Shown here one piece after another: positions 36,561-50,685 of a stretch of DNA of 64,000 nucleotides; the stretch's first letter is position 1, and every line of letters starts with the position of its first letter. The notes beneath the pieces were generated by a model, which saw only the letters and a list, made by a program, of their open reading frames with translations, was not told where the DNA came from and searched no databases. The position numbers and the translations under genes were made by a program. Location: contig NC_087436.1 in the NCBI RefSeq assembly GCF_036321535.1, positions 10,788,001 to 10,852,000 of the forward strand. Reading direction: 5' to 3'. The stretch comes from Camelus dromedarius. Its lineage: Eukaryota.

Positions 36561-39040
36561 AGACCATGAGGTCAACTTGTGCCATGCTGAGTTAGAGGAA
36601 AAGGTATAAAGTTCAGGGGATACTACTGAGCAATGAGTTTGGAGCTCCAGAAAAAGGGTGGATCCAAAGCAGATTTTGAATGAGTCTCATGCCTAGCAAA
36701 AGCCATTAAGTTACAGAATTTTAATGGAGAGAACATAGCATTAAAACAAGGAGGTAGTCAAAGAAAACAGAAGGCAAATATTTTTAAGAGTAAAGAGTCA
36801 AATGAACCACTACATCTTACAGCTCTTCATTTGTTACCAGATTTTAGAAATTTTCTCTTATGAAGTCAAGACAGAAGATGCTCTGAATGTGGATAATATG
36901 AAACATAAACCCTAAAATGGCATAGGCCAAACAGTTTCAGTATATTTTAATGTCACTGAGTAAACTGGGACATAAATCTAGAGGGAAAATAGTAATTCAA
37001 TTTTCCGCATCAAGATTTCTTAATTAATTAAACTAACAGGACATATATTAATAAATGATATTTATTTTAATTACATTTTGAGAAATTATTTCTCACCCCA
37101 GGGTCATCCCAGGTTGATTAAATAAATAATTCAATAATTAATCATAAATTTCATAAAGCATGATGAACTGGAATTTGGTTTTCTAGATACTCAAAAAGCA
37201 ACAGCATTCTCTGTTACAATAAAGCAGTTTAAATTTAGAAAAAATAACTAGAATGTAGGTAAGTAGGATGATAAAGTATTTTAACAACACTGACTAGAAC
37301 AAGAAAAAGGCGAAATTATAATGTAAAAGGGAAATGAAGACAGGGAAGAATTAATCAAGGCCTTCAAATCCATAAACCAGGAGTATCTGAATGTGTCTTA
37401 ATTGAGTGAATTCATTATTTCCTACCTGTTTTGTTTTGCCGTTTTTTTAATGTGGGAGGAGAGCTCTGAAAAGATTTGAATGATGTCATTTCTTACTAAT
37501 ATTTAATAGACACACAACAAAAATAGGGAAATATATTACCATGAACAATTACTAGCATAACGATTTAATATCAATAAATAATCACTAATGTGCTAGTCAT
37601 TGTACACAATTAAATATTTAATATAAGATTTAACGTTCTTATTCTCTGAGTTATACACTTGTGAAATGAATTTCCTCAGCAAAATCCATTTGAATTTGCT
37701 CTTCGCTTAACATTGCACAGAATGCTGTTCTTTCCACAATTTTAAGGCTTAATACCATTTCAAACATAGAACATATAATTATATTTATCCAATTCAGATT
37801 CACAATGTTTTACTTCCATTTTATGAGATAATCAATAGAATAAAGATACAGAGTAAGCCATGAGACTGAGAACATTGGAGGGTGCTTATGCGTAACAAAA
37901 TGTAATGTTTGCCCTGGCAGCATTCCTTTCTTGGCCCTTCTCCTTCTAGTCAAATCCTGCACAACCACATTGATGCCAAATTTTAGCATCAGGCCAAAGG
38001 AAATTCACACGGAAACAATGATCACTTTCGGTCTTTACATTGTTATTTTACACAGCGTGCAAATGAATGTGGTTTTGCACTTTCTGTATCAGGACAATGG
38101 TAAAGGCAAATTACTTCATGTAGTATTGATAAGACTTTTTATTGTTGCCTCCTTTATAATTCACAGTGATTTTGAAAAAATCCAGGACTTGGCTTAAATG
38201 AAAATCCTTCTGTATTGCGTTCCTGTCCCTTTCAGCAGAATTCTCCAATAGACAACAAGACAACACGCCATTGCTGCATACTAATAAATAAATCTTAGCA
38301 GGATGGAAATCAATGTAGAAATAAAAGAATACATTTCAAAACTGACAAATAAGTTGGTAACTCAATTTTAGGAAGGCTAAGAAAAAATATAAAAGTAATT
38401 TAAGAACTATATCCCCAAAAAAGCACAAAACACCAATAGATTTTTTAAATGATTTTGATAGCTCAAGGGAGCAATCATTTTCATCTTAAATAAGCCACTG
38501 CAAAATAAACATCTGGAGGAGAAAAATACTCAAATTAATCTAGAGATAATATAATTACTAAACCTCAAATGGATTTGAACTTTTTTTAAACCAGCTTAAA
38601 TGGGGTTGCCAAAAAAACAAAAACAAAAACAATCCTAAAAGAGATGATTTGCCTCCATAACTTAAAAAATATAATTTTTTTAACATTTACTGCATAACTA
38701 AGTATGATTTAGGCGACTGTTACTAGGAATATGTTAAAAGCTTCAGCTTACAAGAAAACTAGGCACAAACTATATTCTCCCCATTCTGCACCAAAACTTT
38801 AGAAAAGAGAATGGATATATATTTTTAATTAATAACTGTATACATCCTTAAAAAGGAAGAGAATCAGCAGAGGTAATTCCAGGGAAAGGGAGGAGACACA
38901 CCCCGGCAATAAACTTCCACCTGAGAAGCGCTGGGACCTCCCCCCCCGCCCCGTGTAGCCTCATCCTGAAGGTATGTATCTCAGTTCCCACACGTGTGCA
39001 CACGCTCAGCATGTGCATCAGTACCAAAAGCAGCCCAGGG

Positions 39041-39174
39041 AAAGACCAACACTGTTAGAAATACTGAGCAACATTGACAAAGACCAACACTATCAGAAAC
39101 ACCGAGCAACACTGACAAAGACCAACACTATCAGAAACATAGAGCAACACTGACAAAGATCGACACTATCAGAA
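39041..39174. repeat. 38-bp minisatellite, 3.5 copies
   Basis: Unit AAAGACCAACACTATCAGAAACAYHGAGCAACACTGAC starting at 39041, 39079, 39117 and 39155 (partial). Confidence 0.95.
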
Positions 39175-39249
39175 TGAATCAACAAATTGCACACATTAGA
39201 ATGCTAAGATGAATCAATCAATATTAACTTACTAAAATCAGTAAGTTAA

Positions 39250-42220
39250 CATTCTCATTGAAAGGAAGGAAATGTTTACATGAAATAAGCATAGAAAGTG
39301 ATGCAATAAAAATCTAACAGTAATAAAATGACTAAAAATGCTATATATAATTGCCATAGTGCAAACTCAGCAAATGACTAAAGAAGGAAATGGGGAATGC
39401 AGATTCAGAAGTTTCCAAAATCTATCTCTTAGTAGCTCTAGAGAAGAAATAAAAGAGATAATATAAGTGAGAATGTAAATTAATCTATATTTGAAGAAAT
39501 AATGCTGAGTGTTTTTCAAAGCTGGGAGGAGGGGAAGGGTGGGGCAAGTTCTCCAATGGAAAGAGCCCACTGCATAATGAAAAGAATTAAAGCAAAATTA
39601 TAGGGCCTAAGAACATGGTCCAAATGAAACTTGAAAACAAAGGATAAGAAAAAAATCTAAAAGCATGCAAATAGAGAATAGATTATTCCGAAATGGAGAA
39701 AATACACTCCTTCAATCTTATGATTTGCAAAGTTTGAATACAAGAACTATTGAAACAGTACCTTTAAAATAAAGTATCTTCAAAAAAGAATATATTTATC
39801 TTTAAAAAAATAATAGAAATCTAAAAATCTCTAATAGTCCAACCTTTATTCAAGAAAGATGAGCTCAATAACAGCATTTGCAGACATCTGAGGACTTGGA
39901 AAATAAACCACACACAAAACCTTTTCTAAATAAAGCCAAGAAGAAAAAAATGCTAGAAGGAAATAATAAGATGCAAAAATAAAAAAAACTGAATTAATAA
40001 AGATCTATTATAACACTTAAATAGGTAGCAATTACAAAGTTTGTAATAAGAAGTTGGAACTAAAATTCCAGGCAATAGGATAATAGCAGTGGATTACAGC
40101 AAAGGTACAATCTACTTAGTATATTCAGTACACAGATTTGTCTGGGGGAGGGAGTATATGACTATTGATTAAATCTAGACTCTGTTTAAAAAGATACAAG
40201 ATTAATTTTGTATTAAAAATGCAAGCATATTCCTAGGCATTTATTCTACAGAAATGAAAACATATGTTCACATCAAAATCTGCCCATAAATATTTACAGC
40301 AGCATTTTTGTAATAGCCCCAAAATAAACGAAATCTGGGACACCCATACAATGGATGCATTACAAAGGGACAAACTACAGAATCACACAAAATTTAGATG
40401 TAGAGTGAAAAAACACTGTCTCAAAGTTTACAGACTGGATGATTCCATTTACATAACATCCTTGCCATAACACAGTTTAGAGAAAAAGCAGATGAGTAAC
40501 ACGGTGGGGTGGAAGGTGGAACTACCAGGAAAGGTACTATGAGGAATTCCTCTGTGGGTAGAGCAGCTCTGTGTCTTGACTGCAGTGCTGCTTACACAAA
40601 TCTATACATGTGATAAATGTCATGCAACAACACACACACATACAAAATGAAACATACAAAAACTGGTGAAATCCACAGTCTATTTGATTATATATACCAA
40701 TGCCAATTTGGAGGGTTCAATAATGCTGTGGTTTTGTAAAATGCTACCATTAGAGGAAACTGAGTGATAGGTACATGGATATCTCTGCACTGTTTTTGCA
40801 ACTTCTGTGATTCTATGATTATTTCAAGATAAAGTTTAAAAAAATTTTTAAAAAGAACCAAAAATCTAATTATAGCCTCCAAAAGAATATAAATTATAAC
40901 TGCCCAACCAGTGAAGGGAAAAATGCAATGATGCAACAAATGGCAAAAAAAAGATGGAAATAAATGAGTTAATTAATAAATAAATAAGCAAAAAGAAGAA
41001 GAAAGGACAAAATAATATGGCAGGAGTAGGTCCACACTCTTCAACAGTACCATGCAGGAAAATGAGTTACATTCACATATTAAAAAGATGCAGACTCTCA
41101 CAGATGACAAGATCCAACTTTTGTTGCTTGTAACTAACCCACTTAAAATCAAATGGTAGAGGAATGCTGAAAAGAATAAAGTCCCAAGAGAAATATCATA
41201 AGACAAAATAAAAGTGAATTATTAAAATCAAAGAGAAAAAGTTTTCAAATGGACAAAGACACCAAACGATATGAGTTTCAAATATTCATGTGCCTTACAG
41301 AATAGCCTTAACATATATAAGGAAAAAAACTGCTTTAATTTCAGAAAAGGTCAACAGTTATAAGTCATATTTGATAACTTAATATAACTCTCTAAGAAAT
41401 TAGTGAACGAAATACTTAAAAAATAAAGAATGTATTGAGGAGATGATTGATATAATTAACAAATGGCTTATATGCTTTATACCTCCAATAGGTAGAGAAT
41501 AAATATTCTAACCATATACTAAAGGAGTATTTATAAAATTTGACTATCTAGTAGACCACAAAGACATTCCAAGGGCAAAAAAAAGTACTTACTATATCTT
41601 AAAAGCCATTATCTAACCATTGATCACAATACAATAGTTAGAAAGCAAACTAAGAGTTAAATAAAAATCCAAGTTTGGGAAATTTTATCATTGAAATATT
41701 AAATAAAAGGGAATTATGAACTGAATGAAAATTATGTCACTATTTTCCACTAAGTTAGAATATATCCAAAGTGATGATTAAAATAAGATTTATACCCCTA
41801 CACACATCTTGGTGAAGCCCAAAGACTGAAAATGTATACTGACCTGTAACACAAAAAGTTAGAGGGAAAAAGAAAAAGAAAAAGACTATAATGAAGGTAA
41901 AAACAATAGCGAGTTGACTAACAAAATGAAAAGCACTGGTTTTTCCAAAGAACTAATTCAACAGACAAGAATACGCAGGAAAATAATAGGAAAGAAGGCA
42001 AAAACAGGCTCTATTAGAAATGAAAACTAGAACTTCACTTCAGACACTGAGAAAACTCTTAAGTATTACAAAAGAATATCATGAAAAATATTATTAAAAT
42101 AAGTTTGAAATCTAGTTTATATGGATAACTTAAAAAAAAAGAAGTTACTCATCAAAATAGTTCCAAGACTAAGTTGAAAACATGACTGGACCAAGGACTT
42201 TAAAATAAAATTAAAAGAAG
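39250..42220 (+). mobile_element. Very old, degraded L1 (ORF1/ORF2 relics), interrupted by 40228-40850
   Basis: Strong A-skew with L1-like words (TTTATAAAATTTGACTATCTAGTAGACCACAAAG, GATCACAATACAATAGTTAGAAAGCAA, ATATGGATAACTT). Confidence 0.5.
40228..40850 (+). mobile_element. L1MD/MC-like 3' end
   Basis: TTCCTAGGCATTTATTCTACAGAAATGAAAACATATGTTCACA...TACACAAATCTATACATGTGATAAA...AAAACTGGTGAAATC...TTTTTGCAACTTCTGTGATTCTATGATTATTTCAAGATAAA. Confidence 0.75.
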
Positions 42221-43400
42221 ACTTCAGTAGCCATGCCTCAAAGCAGACTTACAGCCAGGAATACAATCTGATAAAGCCAATTTGATGTGCATTTTGGTCA
42301 TAATTATTTTTGTAAATGTTCATACACTATCACCTATTAATTTTATTTCCAAGTGTACTTAAAAAGGAAAAAAATATTCTAAGATGGTGAGACTGTAGGG
42401 AAGCTGACATATCCATACCCTGATTATACTGGTGTATCTGTCACAATTCCTGTAGAAAATGCCTAACAGTACACACACAAATTAAAGAATTTCATCATCA
42501 GGGGAATTTTTCCTTATGAAGTAGACGAAAGAAGGAAAAGCTACACATAAACTGTCCATCACATATTTACAAACATTAGAAGTATATATTAATCAGTAGG
42601 TTCATTCTTACTTAAAATTACAATGAAGTTTACTGCACAGGAATCATACCACAATGAAGGTGCTAAAAATATAGATGAGTAAATAAATAAAATTACATGA
42701 AGTTACTCAGTGAAACTCTAAAATGTGATGCAGAGATGAAAGGCGGTCTATTCACAATATAAACACAAATGTATCTATCCTAGGCTGATCCACATTATTT
42801 ACTTATACACTTAATTTTATCTTAGTATTTAAAAAAAAAGAAAAGAAAGGTACATAATTGAATGACTTCTCTTGTTTTTCTTACAGACATAATACATTTT
42901 GGATGTTAGATTTTCCCTTTAGTATGACTGTTAAAAACCTTAGATCTATATTGGAGGCTCAATCATGAACAAATGATTTTATCTTATAATAAAGTGCCAT
43001 TTCCATTTTATGTTCCTTTTTTCTTTCTAATATATTTGTCTTATATTTTATTAGGTTAAATCTTATTGTGACCTAATAACTAGTTGTTAGATTATTCAAA
43101 TATTTAGGAGGAAAACATGGGTTAGCAATAAATAAAATATGTATATAAAAACATAAAATATACAATATGTTAAATATATGATGTATAAAGTATTTTAAAA
43201 TATTTAGTAAAATGCAGAAATGAAAATTGTATTAAATATAATTGTGTATATGGAGAAGTTCTGAAGGAAAATACAGAAAAATTAAATTTCATAAATTCTT
43301 AAGATACAAACAGTATTTTTTAAACTGCTATATTTTCCTGTTTTGAATGATACGAGGAAAAGCTAGCATAAAAGCAAGTGAGTGAGAAAGCCTTGTGAAA

Positions 43401-43535
43401 CTTTTTTTTTAATTTAAGTATACTTGATTTACAATGTTTCAGGTGTACACAAAGTGATTCAGTTATACATAACGTAGATATGTACATATAAAATCTTTTT
43501 CAAATTCTTTTCCATTATCGGTTATTACAAGATAC
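43401..43535 (-). mobile_element. Short L1 3' tail
   Basis: Poly-T then TTAAGTATACTTGATTTACAATGTTTCAGGTGTACA. Flanking repeat GAGT(G/A)AGAAAGCCTT (43380-43394 / 43536-43550). Confidence 0.9.
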
Positions 43536-45352
43536 GAGTAAGAAAGCCTTTTTAAGGAAAGTAGCCTGGACTCACAGAAGGCAACACCATGTCAATAAAA
43601 GTGGGGAGATCTGAGTTCTGGTTTCTGTTCTAGAGTTAAATAGGAATGTGACATCCTCTTCCAAAGTCAAGGCTTTAATCATCTTCCATCCTAGGGATCC
43701 TAGTTAATCTTACTTCTGAGTCTTAGCATTCTTTGCCACTGGATGGAAATTGTTAAAATGAGTTTCTGCAATGTGTAAAGAATTACGGTTTCAAGGAAAT
43801 GCACTTGGGGCTCATGTTTTGATCATTTTATGCAGACACTTTATAGTCCATTTCCATTTTAGGCTTCAAAATATAGTGTAGTCCTTTGATTACAAATATG
43901 TATTCAAAAAAGGTCTGGATTTATTTTTCATCATTTTCTTGCTCACTTTCATAGCTCTGGTTTGATTATTCGGGGGAATTGTCATCTTTAAAGTCTAAAG
44001 CTTTTATTAATGGTGAGAAATAATTATATTTCAGAATTATATAAGCCAATACTAACCTTTGGGCCCTGAAAATATTTCAGTATTTATGGGCTAACATAGA
44101 AAAGATTATAAAATCAAGTACATCATCATTAAAGGTCTTCCCATCCTTTATGCCAAATGGTTAATTCATTTAAAAGAAAAAAAAGAAAACAGACAAAAAC
44201 CTACTGAATATCCTGTACAATAGACATCATGTTTATAATATTTAAAGAGGAGATTTAGGTATATTTCCAGCAAAAATTTAGCAATAAAGAGTAAAGCTGT
44301 ATGAAATTGAATCTTCCACAGTGAAGAGGCTGATAACATTTCCCCCAACCTCAGGCCATCCCTGTGAATCAACAACCCCATCAACATTGGTTGTTCTACA
44401 ATAATTAATTAAGATGTGTAGCTGTAATAAATATCAGGCCAATAGAATTCAGCAGTTTGCACTATTAAACTTTCTGGTTCTTCAGGAATGGTGAATCTCT
44501 GTGACCCTTGATATAGGTTAGATATGGAAATTCTATGTGACCATTGAAATAAATGTACGGATATAATTCCTGGCATTTGCATGGATTGAGTAACCGTCAG
44601 GTTTAAAGGTGTTCGGTTTTTTGGTATTAAAACCCCAGATATGTGTAACTTTACACACCTCCAGAAGAATGAGACCATTGGGTTGAATAAATTGCTTTGT
44701 TTTGGAGCAACCCTAGCCCAAAGTAAGAGACTGAGATCAATCTGTCAATGGCATGTCCTTTAAGACAACTTAAATTCTGTGGAACTTGTTGATTCACTCT
44801 TCACTTGAGCAAATTCTAAATGAACCCTCTCTCCTTTTTCTAACTCTCTCCAGTTGGCACCTTTTTCTAGTAACAGTTCCACATGGTGTGCTTACCTACC
44901 CCAGCTGCTCAGGGGCCTCACCTCACCTTCAATATTTCTCTTGACCAACCAAACGTGACATACAGCTAAACTCAGCAAACCCTGGTCAATAATCTCGCTC
45001 ACACTACTTTGCCTCATTCCAGAGATTTACTGGAGTGAACACGTATGAACACAGGAATTCAAAGAAACATCAACTTTATTAGACATACAGAAGCTAACTG
45101 TGTAACAAAATCTACAGGACCAAAGAGCATTGATCATATTTATGCAATATAGGAGTCTGCAGATGTCCCAGGCTATCAGCTGTGAAGGAGGGGAGAACAC
45201 AAGATGAGTAACTCCACCTTTAACAAGCTACATACACACCAACAGTGTGACAGAGGTGTGACTATATACACTGAGATAACAAAGATTGATTGTTTTCTTT
45301 TCTGGAAGCTCTTTTGTTAAATGCTTTACATATCCAATCCATTCAATCTTCC

Positions 45353-45762
45353 TGTCAGGGGTGAACTGTGCCCCAACGAAATTCACATGTTAAAATCTTA
45401 AACCCTAGTACCTGAAAATCTGAACTTATGTGGAAATTACAGATGAAATGTGAGGCATTAGTTGAGGGGCCTAATCCATTGTGAGTGTGTCCTTAGTTTT
45501 AAAAAGGGGAGGGGGGATTTGGACACAGAAAGAGGTACACAGGGAGAATGCTATGTGAAAACTGGAGTCATGCCCTGAAAGCCAAGGAACCACCTCCTGG
45601 AAGTCAGGGGAGAGGCCTGGAACAGACCCTTCCCTAACGCTCCACAGGGAATCGGCAACACCTTCATCTTGGACTGCTCGTCTGCAGAATTGTGACACAA
45701 GACATTTCTTTAAGCTACTCAATTTGACATGCTTTGTTATAGCAACCCTAAAAACAAGTACA
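45353..45762 (+). mobile_element. MaLR LTR (MLT1B-like), apparently inserted in a MIR
   Basis: TGAACTGTGCCCC..AAATTCACATGTTAAAATCTTAAACCCTAGTACCT...AAGCCAAGGAAC...GAGAGGCCTGGAACAGA...CTTTGTTATAGCAACCCTAAAAACAAGTACA. Confidence 0.8.
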
Positions 45763-45879
45763 CTTTATAACCAATACTATAGACACTGTAGTTATCTCCG
45801 TTTTGCATATGCCAACAAGATTGTGGGACTTGTCCAAAATCATACATTCTTGACTCATTCTCATGCATTCTTCTTTCAA

Positions 45880-46420
45880 CAACTTTTTAAAAATGTATTG
45901 CAAGTCATGTTAGATCTTTGCCTTAAATCTTCAAATGGCTCTCTCTCTCCCCACACTCTGATCTCAGCTCTACATGAACTCTTCCTCGACTGTCTTTATG
46001 ACATCCTCTTGTACCAGTCTCCTCTTAAATCATGACATTCTCCCCAGATTAGCTGGGCTTACCAATTTAGGTCCTTTGCTTTTGCTGTTTCCTCTACTTG
46101 AAATACCTTTCCACTAACTCTTCAAAGAGCTAGCTACTTCAAGCATTTGGTCTCCGTTCAAATATCACTTCTACAATTAAGGCTTCCAGACCACAAAGAC
46201 TGTTTAATATGTTCTGTTTTATTTACAGATTTATATAAATTTATAAATATATAATCATGGTTCTTATAACAATCTAATATATTTTCAATTGATAAAAACT
46301 TTGATTGACCATCCTTCTCTATTAAAATGGAAAGAATGCTGCATGAAAGAATGTCTTATTGATTTGTGCACCTCCCTAGAGGTGCCTGAACAGTCCCTGG
46401 TATTAAAAAAAAAAAAGCTT
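45880..46420 (+). mobile_element. L2 LINE 3' fragment
   Basis: GGTCCTTTGCTTTTGCTGTTTCCTCTACTTGAAATACCTTTCC...CAAATATCACTTCT...GTGCCTGAACAGTCCCTGG. Confidence 0.6.
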
Positions 46421-47970
46421 TTTAATAGGTAACGCATGACCATGTGTCAGGCATGGGAGGAAAATACACCTCAGCTCACCAAATTAGATCCCCAACAAGC
46501 AAGGATCTTGCTCTGTCATTTCCTCTCCCCACTCCCAATCAGGCTCAAGTCACTTTGTATCTTTAACCAAATTATCTTTTTTCTAATTACAGAGATGAGA
46601 TCGCTATTACAGATGGGAAACCAATCTCCTTCCATTCCACAGACCAAGTATGGGTGGACAATACAGAAACCACCACTGGACGTGGCTGAACTTTTGAGCA
46701 AGTGGGATGCCAGCACTTGTTTGGGATATGAAACGGGGAAATAGTTTTCAGTTACACTGATGCTAAGATGTTGGTCATAATAATGACAGTTATAAACTCT
46801 CAAACATAGAAGGAGGAGGAAGTGGGTATTTGTGGTGAGTGGGAAGAATTTCAGAGAGAAGCAAAGAAATACTGAGTCCTGCTCCTCATCCATGGGGACC
46901 ACAAACATCAGGTAATGACAAGGACAACAGGAAGGAATGTGGGTATTTACTTCCCCTTTTGAGTGTAATGCTGTGAATTAAAATGGGGCAACAAGAGGAA
47001 TGGTTGAGAAGGAAAAGAGCTCACGAGGGCTGGTTTCATTAAGGATGTTTGGGAGAAGCTTTAAGGAAAAGAAAAGAGGGTACTTTTCAAGTCCTATGTA
47101 TGTGTGTTAGTGAGTGAGAGACAGTCAGACAGAGGGAGACCTACAGAGACAAAATTGAAGGAAAAGAGACACACTTAGACAGAAGGCAGAATGGCAGGAG
47201 TGGGGAGGAAAGAAGTGTATGCTGTGAATGTCAACCACAAAACCACATTTGATCTTTGCAAATTACATATATAGATACACACACACACACATACACTTAA
47301 AGAGTTAATATGCATTTAATTATTCTTTATACTTTTAAAAAATGAAAAATCATCACAAGATTAGAACAAGGCAGTTCAACTCAATACATACACTTATGGA
47401 AAACTCGGATCTTATCATCTGTAGGATAGGAGGAAAGTCACTCTACTTTTATTCATTCCTTTCTTCTGGTGAGGAGACTGAGGTGTGGAGAGTTAGTATA
47501 TATCCAATTTAAAACAGGAGATCTGCTACCATCATTTTGCAAATTTTCCCATTGCTGAGGACTTCAGACCTGCTCTTAAATCCAATTTTAATACTGGAAA
47601 ATTGATTCTAATTTTGATTTATTTCACAGCTTTGTACTTGTCAAATTATTAATTGTCCATTCATTATCATTATTTTATATACAACCACAGCAGAATATGT
47701 TGTCATGCTCCTTTGGAAATCTCATTCATAATATAGAGGGTAACTTTGTGATTTTGTTTTATTTTAATTTAAATATTAACTTGAAATAAGTTATTCAGAA
47801 TTTGATAAAGCTATGGAGGAAATATTTATATAGTAAGCAATTAGAGATTTTGAAACTATATGATGATTATTTCATATCCAATTATAATTCTACCAAGTAC
47901 TATAAATAAAAATCATTCCAAGGAATTTATAAAATATTCAGATGACTCTATTATGAACACCCCCTTTTGG

Positions 47971-49318
47971 AAAGCCCAGAAATAAACCCACAGACTTATA
48001 GTCAATTAATCTTTGACAAAGGAGGCAAGAATATGCAACGGAGAAAATGCAATCTCTTCAGCAAGTGGCGTTGGGAAGACTGAACAGCAGCATATAAATC
48101 AATGAAGTTAGAACACTTCACATACCATACACAAAAATAAATTCAAAATGGCTGAAAGACTTAAATATAAGACAAGACACTCCCTATAATCCTCCTAGAA
48201 GAAAACATAGGCAAATTATTTTCTGACATACATCTTAGCAATGTTCTCCTAGGGCAGTCTACTTAGGCAATAGAAATGAAAGCAAAAATTTTAAAATGGG
48301 ACTTAATTAAACTTACAAGCTTTTGCATAGCAAAGGAAACCATAAGCAAAATAAAACGACAACCTGCAGAATGGGAGAAAATATTTGCAAATGACGTGAC
48401 TGACAAAAGTTTAACTTCCAGAATATATAAACAGCTCATACAACTCGACAACAACAACAAACAACCCAATCCAAAAATGGGCAGAAGACCTAAACAAGCA
48501 ATTCTCCAATGAAGACATACAAATAGGCAATAGGCACATGAAAAAATGCCCAATATCATTATCAGAAAAAATGCTAATTAAAGCTACAATGAGGTATCAC
48601 TTCACACCAGTGAGAATGGTCATCATTCAGAAGTCCACTAATGATAAATGCTGGAGAGGCTGTGCAGAAAAGGGAACCCTCCTACACTGCTCGTGGAATG
48701 AAGTTTGGTGCAGCCTTTATGGAAAACAGTATGGAGATACCTCAAAAAACTAAAGAAAAACTTACCATATGATTCAGCAATCCCACTTACGGGTATATAT
48801 CCAAAGGGAACTCTAATTTGAAAAGATACATGCAGCCCAATGCTCACAGCAGCACTATATACAATAGCCAAGACATGGAAACAAGTGTCCATCAACAGAT
48901 GACTGGATAAAGAAGTTGTGGTATATTTATACAATGTAATACTACTCAGCCATAAAGAATAATAAAATAATGCCATTTGCAGCAACATGGATGGACCAAG
49001 GGATCGTCATTCTAAGTGACCTAAGCCAGAAAGAAAAAGAAAAATGCCATATATCACTCATATGTGGAATCTAAAAAAGAAAAAAAGAATAAAAAAGGAC
49101 ACTGTGAACTCACTTGCAAAACAGAAGCAGACTTGGAGACATAGTAAACAACCTTATGGTTACTGAAGAAAGGGGGTGGGAAGGGATAAGTTTGGCAGTT
49201 TGCGATTTACAAATGTTAGCCATGATATATAAAAATAGATTTAAAAATTTTTCTTCTGTACAGCACAGGGAACTATACTCAATATCTTGTAATAACCTTT
49301 AATGAAAAAGAATATGAA

Positions 49319-49372
<54 letters not shown>

Positions 49373-49500
49373 TATGCATGACTGGGACACTGTGCTGTAT
49401 ACCAGAAATTGACATATTGAAACCAACTGTACTTCAATAAAAAATCAATCAATAAATAATTTTTTTAAATTTAAATAAAAATGTAAAGTTTAATGTAAAA
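47971..49500 (+). mobile_element. 5'-truncated LINE-1 (ORF2 C-terminal part, 3'UTR, A-rich tail)
   Basis: ORF pieces [33 protein letters not shown] and [17 protein letters not shown]. Approximate TSD CACCC(C/T)TTTTGGA at ~47958-47971 / 49506-49518. Confidence 0.95.
49325..49369. repeat. (TA)n microsatellite, ~22 units, inside L1 3'UTR
   Basis: Perfect TA run. Confidence 0.95.
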
Positions 49501-49689
49501 AAAATCACCCTTTTTGGATTCTTTATGGAAGAAATTCTGCCAGTTTAGAATATATGTTTCATTCAAAGTAGCTAAGGACTGTAGCAAGATAATACTAGGC
49601 ACTTCATGTTTGTTAAAAATGAGCACTGTACATGTTTAAGTTTTAAAAGATATATTTTGTTGGAGATATGTATTTTATGGAATTATGCT

Positions 49690-50140
49690 TTCAGTCCCTG
49701 CCTAGACTCTCAATTGTCTGTAACCTGCCTCATTTAACAGCACATTCCCCACCCTCACTCTGCTCCAGCCCCTCAGACACCTACCAAGACAAACTCTTCC
49801 CACATCAGGCCTTGATACCTGCTCTTCCTTGCCTGGACTGTTTCTCCCTAGCAAATTACTAATCATCGATCATAATTCAGTTTAAACGGCACTGACTCAA
49901 GGAAGCCTTCCATAACTGCCTCCCCCTCTCCAATTAAACTGGGAGCCTCCGTGTGGTCATACTCATCATACTTATAATTTTAAAACCATTAAAAGATTTC
50001 ATGTTTAACTTCTGTTTCTGCCAAGAGACTGTTTTTCTGTGAAGGCAGGGACCATCCCTGTTCTGTTCACTCCTACATATAGTCAACACAGTGCCTAAAA
50101 TATGCAGTAAATGCCAAACAAGCATGAAATGAATGAATAA
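49690..50140 (+). mobile_element. L2 LINE 3' end
   Basis: CCCTCACTCTGCTCCAGCC...GTGAAGGCAGGGACCAT..CTGTTCTGTTCACT...ACAGTGCCT...GAAATGAATGAAT. Confidence 0.75.
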
Positions 50141-50296
50141 GTCAAGTAAGTGGATGCCTCATTTTTAGAACAGAGTGCTAAAGGGGTCATGAAACTCTCA
50201 TCACACGGGTCATTCATGAAAGATACAAATCTGATCCAGTCTACCCCGGACACTTGGCCATGAAGTCTCTTAACCTCTCATAACTTCAGACCCCTC

Positions 50297-50685
50297 AATG
50301 GAATAGTATTCAGCCTCAAACAGGAAGGAGATCCTGCCATATGTGACACCATATATAAAATTTGAGGACACTATGCTAAGTGAAACGAGCCAGTCACAGA
50401 AGGACAATTCCTGCATGATTCCACTTACATGAGGGATCTAAAATAGTCAAGCTCACAGAAACAGAGACTGGAGTGCTGGTTCCAGGAGAGAAGGGGAAAG
50501 GGGGTCTTAGGGGACATTACTAATCAAAGCTTTAAAAATTTCAGTTAAGCAACATGAATAAGTTCTAGAGATCTGCCGGACTGCATTCTGCCTACAGATA
50601 ACAAGACTGTACTACATACTTAAACATCTGTTAAGAGGGTAGATCTCATGTTAACTTGTTCTTGCTACATTAAACATAAATAAAG
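50297..50685 (+). mobile_element. L1MA9/MA10-like 3' end, within MIR relic (~50230-50800)
   Basis: TGAGGACACTATGCTAAGTGAAACGAGCCAGTCACAGAAGGACAA...GAATAAGTTCTAGAGATCTG...GTTAAGAGGGTAGATCTCATGTTAA. Confidence 0.85.

Noticed and set aside
39041..39174. CRISPR-like array
   Set aside because: Units are contiguous tandem copies with no unique spacers, the context is mammalian and there are no cas genes.
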